NCBI RefSeq assembly: GCF_006345805.1
Contig: NW_021824914.1
Coordinates: 1-22,964 of the forward strand
From: Octopus sinensis
Lineage: Eukaryota
Length of the DNA: 22,964 nucleotides
Reading direction: 5' to 3'
Notes under the pieces: model-generated
What the model was told of the DNA's origin: nothing
The model's input: only the letters and a program-made list of their open reading frames with translations
Databases searched by the model: none
Shown: one piece after another, positions 22,952-22,964 of the stretch
Numbering within the stretch: position 1 is the first letter of the stretch
Layout of the letters: every line of letters starts with the position of its first letter
Position numbers and translations under genes: made by a program

Positions 22952-22964
22952 TATGTAATGTGTT

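Overview
This is AT-rich, microsatellite-saturated eukaryotic non-coding DNA (intronic or intergenic). The repeat landscape suggests a coleoid cephalopod, probably Octopus (inference). No intact host gene can be supported; most entries in the ORF track are translated (TA)n, (CA)n, (TATG)n or trinucleotide tracts. The real content is mobile DNA. (1) Three 5'-truncated copies of a Tx1-like (L1 superfamily) LINE, each with (TATC)n at both ends. (2) Two tandem R4/Dong-like RLE-type LINE fragments around an (AAT)n tract. (3) About 13 copies of three tRNA-derived SINE families. (4) A non-autonomous Helitron, a Penelope-like fragment and several short fold-back elements in (TA)n. The most unusual feature is a 658-bp retroposed insert (6129-6786, minus strand) inside a SINE head, with a 16-bp target-site duplication. 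It ends an unrecognised, non-RT ORF, has a 3' UTR built from repeated hairpins, and shares its terminal sequence with the Tx1 tail. Within that tail it carries an extra 16-nt block containing a perfect 11-nt match to its own target site. This is a candidate guide-like, SINE-targeting retroelement, but it rests on one copy and is only a hypothesis.
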